The notes under the pieces: generated by a model
Databases searched by the model: none
Seen by the model: the letters and a program-made list of their open reading frames with translations, nothing else
Told to the model about the DNA's origin: nothing
Virus record (IMG/VR): IMGVR_UViG_3300045557_000074
Coordinates: 1 to 25,966 of that record
DNA length: 25,966 bases
Strand: one strand, 5' to 3'
Origin: a virus
Lineage: Duplodnaviria; Caudoviricetes
Made by a program: the position numbers and the translations under genes
Shown here: piece by piece, positions 24,532 through 25,966 of the stretch
Numbering within the stretch: the first letter of the stretch is position 1
How the letters are laid out: every line of letters begins with the position of its first letter

Positions 24532-25475
24532 CACTTGAAGAACTATGGGAACAGCAGCGAAAAAATCATTTTGCTTACTGCAATATAGACAAATACCATG
24601 CTGCAGGTTTCAAAGGTAAAGGAATAAATTTTCTAAATCTTGAGGCATATCCAGGAACAGACAATCACGGTTTAAAAGTGTGTAATGTATTTTCTGAAGT
24701 GGCCCCAGAAGCAAAAGTATTCAGCGGAGTATTAACCGGAAGTACAAACGGAAAAGAAATTACATCATATGGCCTTACAGTAGATGGAATACTATACGAT
24801 TTTGAAAACTTCATCATCGAAAATAAAATTAAGATCATGAATTCAAGCAAATCAGGTGGAGCAGAAGTTGTCAGTCAGTTTATAAAGAAATTCATTGTAG
24901 AAAAGCATGGAGTAATCTTTACAGCTGCAGCTGGTAATAGCTATGCAGAGGTAACCTGTCCATATAAAAATAGTGCCATTGTTGTAGGTGTAGTAAATTA
25001 TGATAATGGAGAACCTGTACATGCCAATTATAGCGGAGTAGGACCAGAGGTTGACTTTAATTCTTTTGCGCATCTGTTTGCAGGTACAAGTTTTGGTGCT
25101 CCATTTTTATTGGCTGAAATTACTTTGCTATTAAATAAATACGGTGACTTTAATCAAATTGAATGTATAGAGATACTGAAAAGCCTTTGCAAAGACCTGG
25201 GGGACGAAGGAAAAGACGATAAATATGGTTGGGGTGTGCCAATATTGCCATTAACAGATAAATTAGAAATTTTAGAAAAGCTGAGAGGAGTTGAGGAAGT
25301 GCAATTTAAAGATATTGAAGAAACTAGATGGAGCAAAGCTGCAATTAATCGCTGCGTGGCAGAAGGTCTCTTGGTAGGTTTTGAAGATGGAACATTCAGG
25401 CCAACTGAAACAATAACAAGGGAACAGTTTGCAACAATACTAACACGCATATTAGATAAAATTGAAGGGAGATAA
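24528..25475 (+). CDS. S8 subtilisin-like serine peptidase with a C-terminal SLH domain
   Basis: GFKGKGI, HG (H47), VAPEAK, AAAGN (N137), GTSFGAP (S188), DLGDEGKDDKYGWG; SLH FKDI...W...INRCVAEGLLVGFEDGTFRPTETITREQFATIL. Confidence 0.92.
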   Translation: MTLEELWEQQRKNHFAYCNIDKYHAAGFKGKGINFLNLEAYPGTDNHGLKVCNVFSEVAPEAKVFSGVLTGSTNGKEITSYGLTVDGILYDFENFIIENKIKIMNSSKSGGAEVVSQFIKKFIVEKHGVIFTAAAGNSYAEVTCPYKNSAIVVGVVNYDNGEPVHANYSGVGPEVDFNSFAHLFAGTSFGAPFLLAEITLLLNKYGDFNQIECIEILKSLCKDLGDEGKDDKYGWGVPILPLTDKLEILEKLRGVEEVQFKDIEETRWSKAAINRCVAEGLLVGFEDGTFRPTETITREQFATILTRILDKIEGR

Positions 25476-25477
25476 TA

Positions 25478-25966
25478 ATGGGAGAAAAATTCAATGAAAT
25501 AAAAGTCGGTTTAGTGGGTGTAATAGCTGTAATATATGCTTTTATAGCAAGTATATTCGGAGCTTTTACACCTTTACTTATTATTACACTTGGGGCCATG
25601 TTTGCAGATCTTATTACAAGGATCTATGCAGCAAGGGTTAGGCCTGATGAGGAAGTTGAAAGTAAGCTTGTAATAAAAGGCATATACAAGAAGTTAGGAA
25701 TGTGTATGCTTATTATTTTGGCTCTGATCCTTGACAAGGCACTGCTTATTCTGGCTGATGTAATAGGAATCAGTGTTATCAGCAAAATCATGGTTACTGC
25801 ACTTGTGATGGCCTGGCTGCTTGTAAGGGAATTGATATCAAATGCAGAGAACCTGCAGTATGCAGGCATAGAGCTGCCATCTTTCCTTATAAAGATACTC
25901 GGAATTGCAAAGGATAAGATAGATAACGCAGGAGATGCAATTATAGGCGGTGATGGAGGTGATTAA
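25478..25966 (+). CDS. Phage holin (holin_4_1 / toxin secretion-phage lysis type)
   Basis: Several TM segments; DLITRI, KGIYKK, ELISNAENL, GIELPSFL. Confidence 0.9.
   Translation: MGEKFNEIKVGLVGVIAVIYAFIASIFGAFTPLLIITLGAMFADLITRIYAARVRPDEEVESKLVIKGIYKKLGMCMLIILALILDKALLILADVIGISVISKIMVTALVMAWLLVRELISNAENLQYAGIELPSFLIKILGIAKDKIDNAGDAIIGGDGGD

Larger units (their letters stand above)
1..25966. mobile_element. Temperate siphovirus prophage (HK97-type head, predicted cos packaging), incomplete at both ends
   Basis: Canonical module order: immunity, early/replication, late regulator, HNH/terminase/portal/protease/capsid, tail, holin. No integrase or att site seen in the window. Confidence 0.97.

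Noticed and set aside
1-25966. tRNA, rRNA or IS elements
   Set aside because: No cloverleaf, rRNA-like or transposase sequence recognised by eye; tRNAscan-SE or Infernal would be needed to exclude them.

Overview
The window is most of a temperate siphovirus prophage from a low-GC Firmicute. An SLH domain and an SSB insertion suggest a clostridial or Tissierellia host (inference). Left to right: a truncated AT-rich leftward metallophosphoesterase + P-loop (STAND-like) NTPase gene missing from the ORF track; a cI/cro switch with two divergent promoters and four operators; two repeat-headed cassettes of convergent gene pairs, one with a DUF4145/HEPN-like gene; early genes; a replication initiator with an internal iteron origin; SSB; a RinA/ArpU-type late activator; a catalytic-domain-only tyrosine recombinase; HNH, cos, terminase, portal, ClpP-type protease and HK97 capsid; a non-contractile tail module with a -1 frameshifted chaperone; a tail fibre; and a lysis region. 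The most unusual element is in the lysis region. A minimal subtilisin-like (S8) protease with an apparent Glu-His-Ser triad, no signal peptide and a single SLH domain sits directly before the holin, and an internal RBS+GTG could produce the SLH domain as a separate subunit. The integrase, att sites and any gene after the holin are outside the window. All family assignments come from motif recognition by eye, not database searches.
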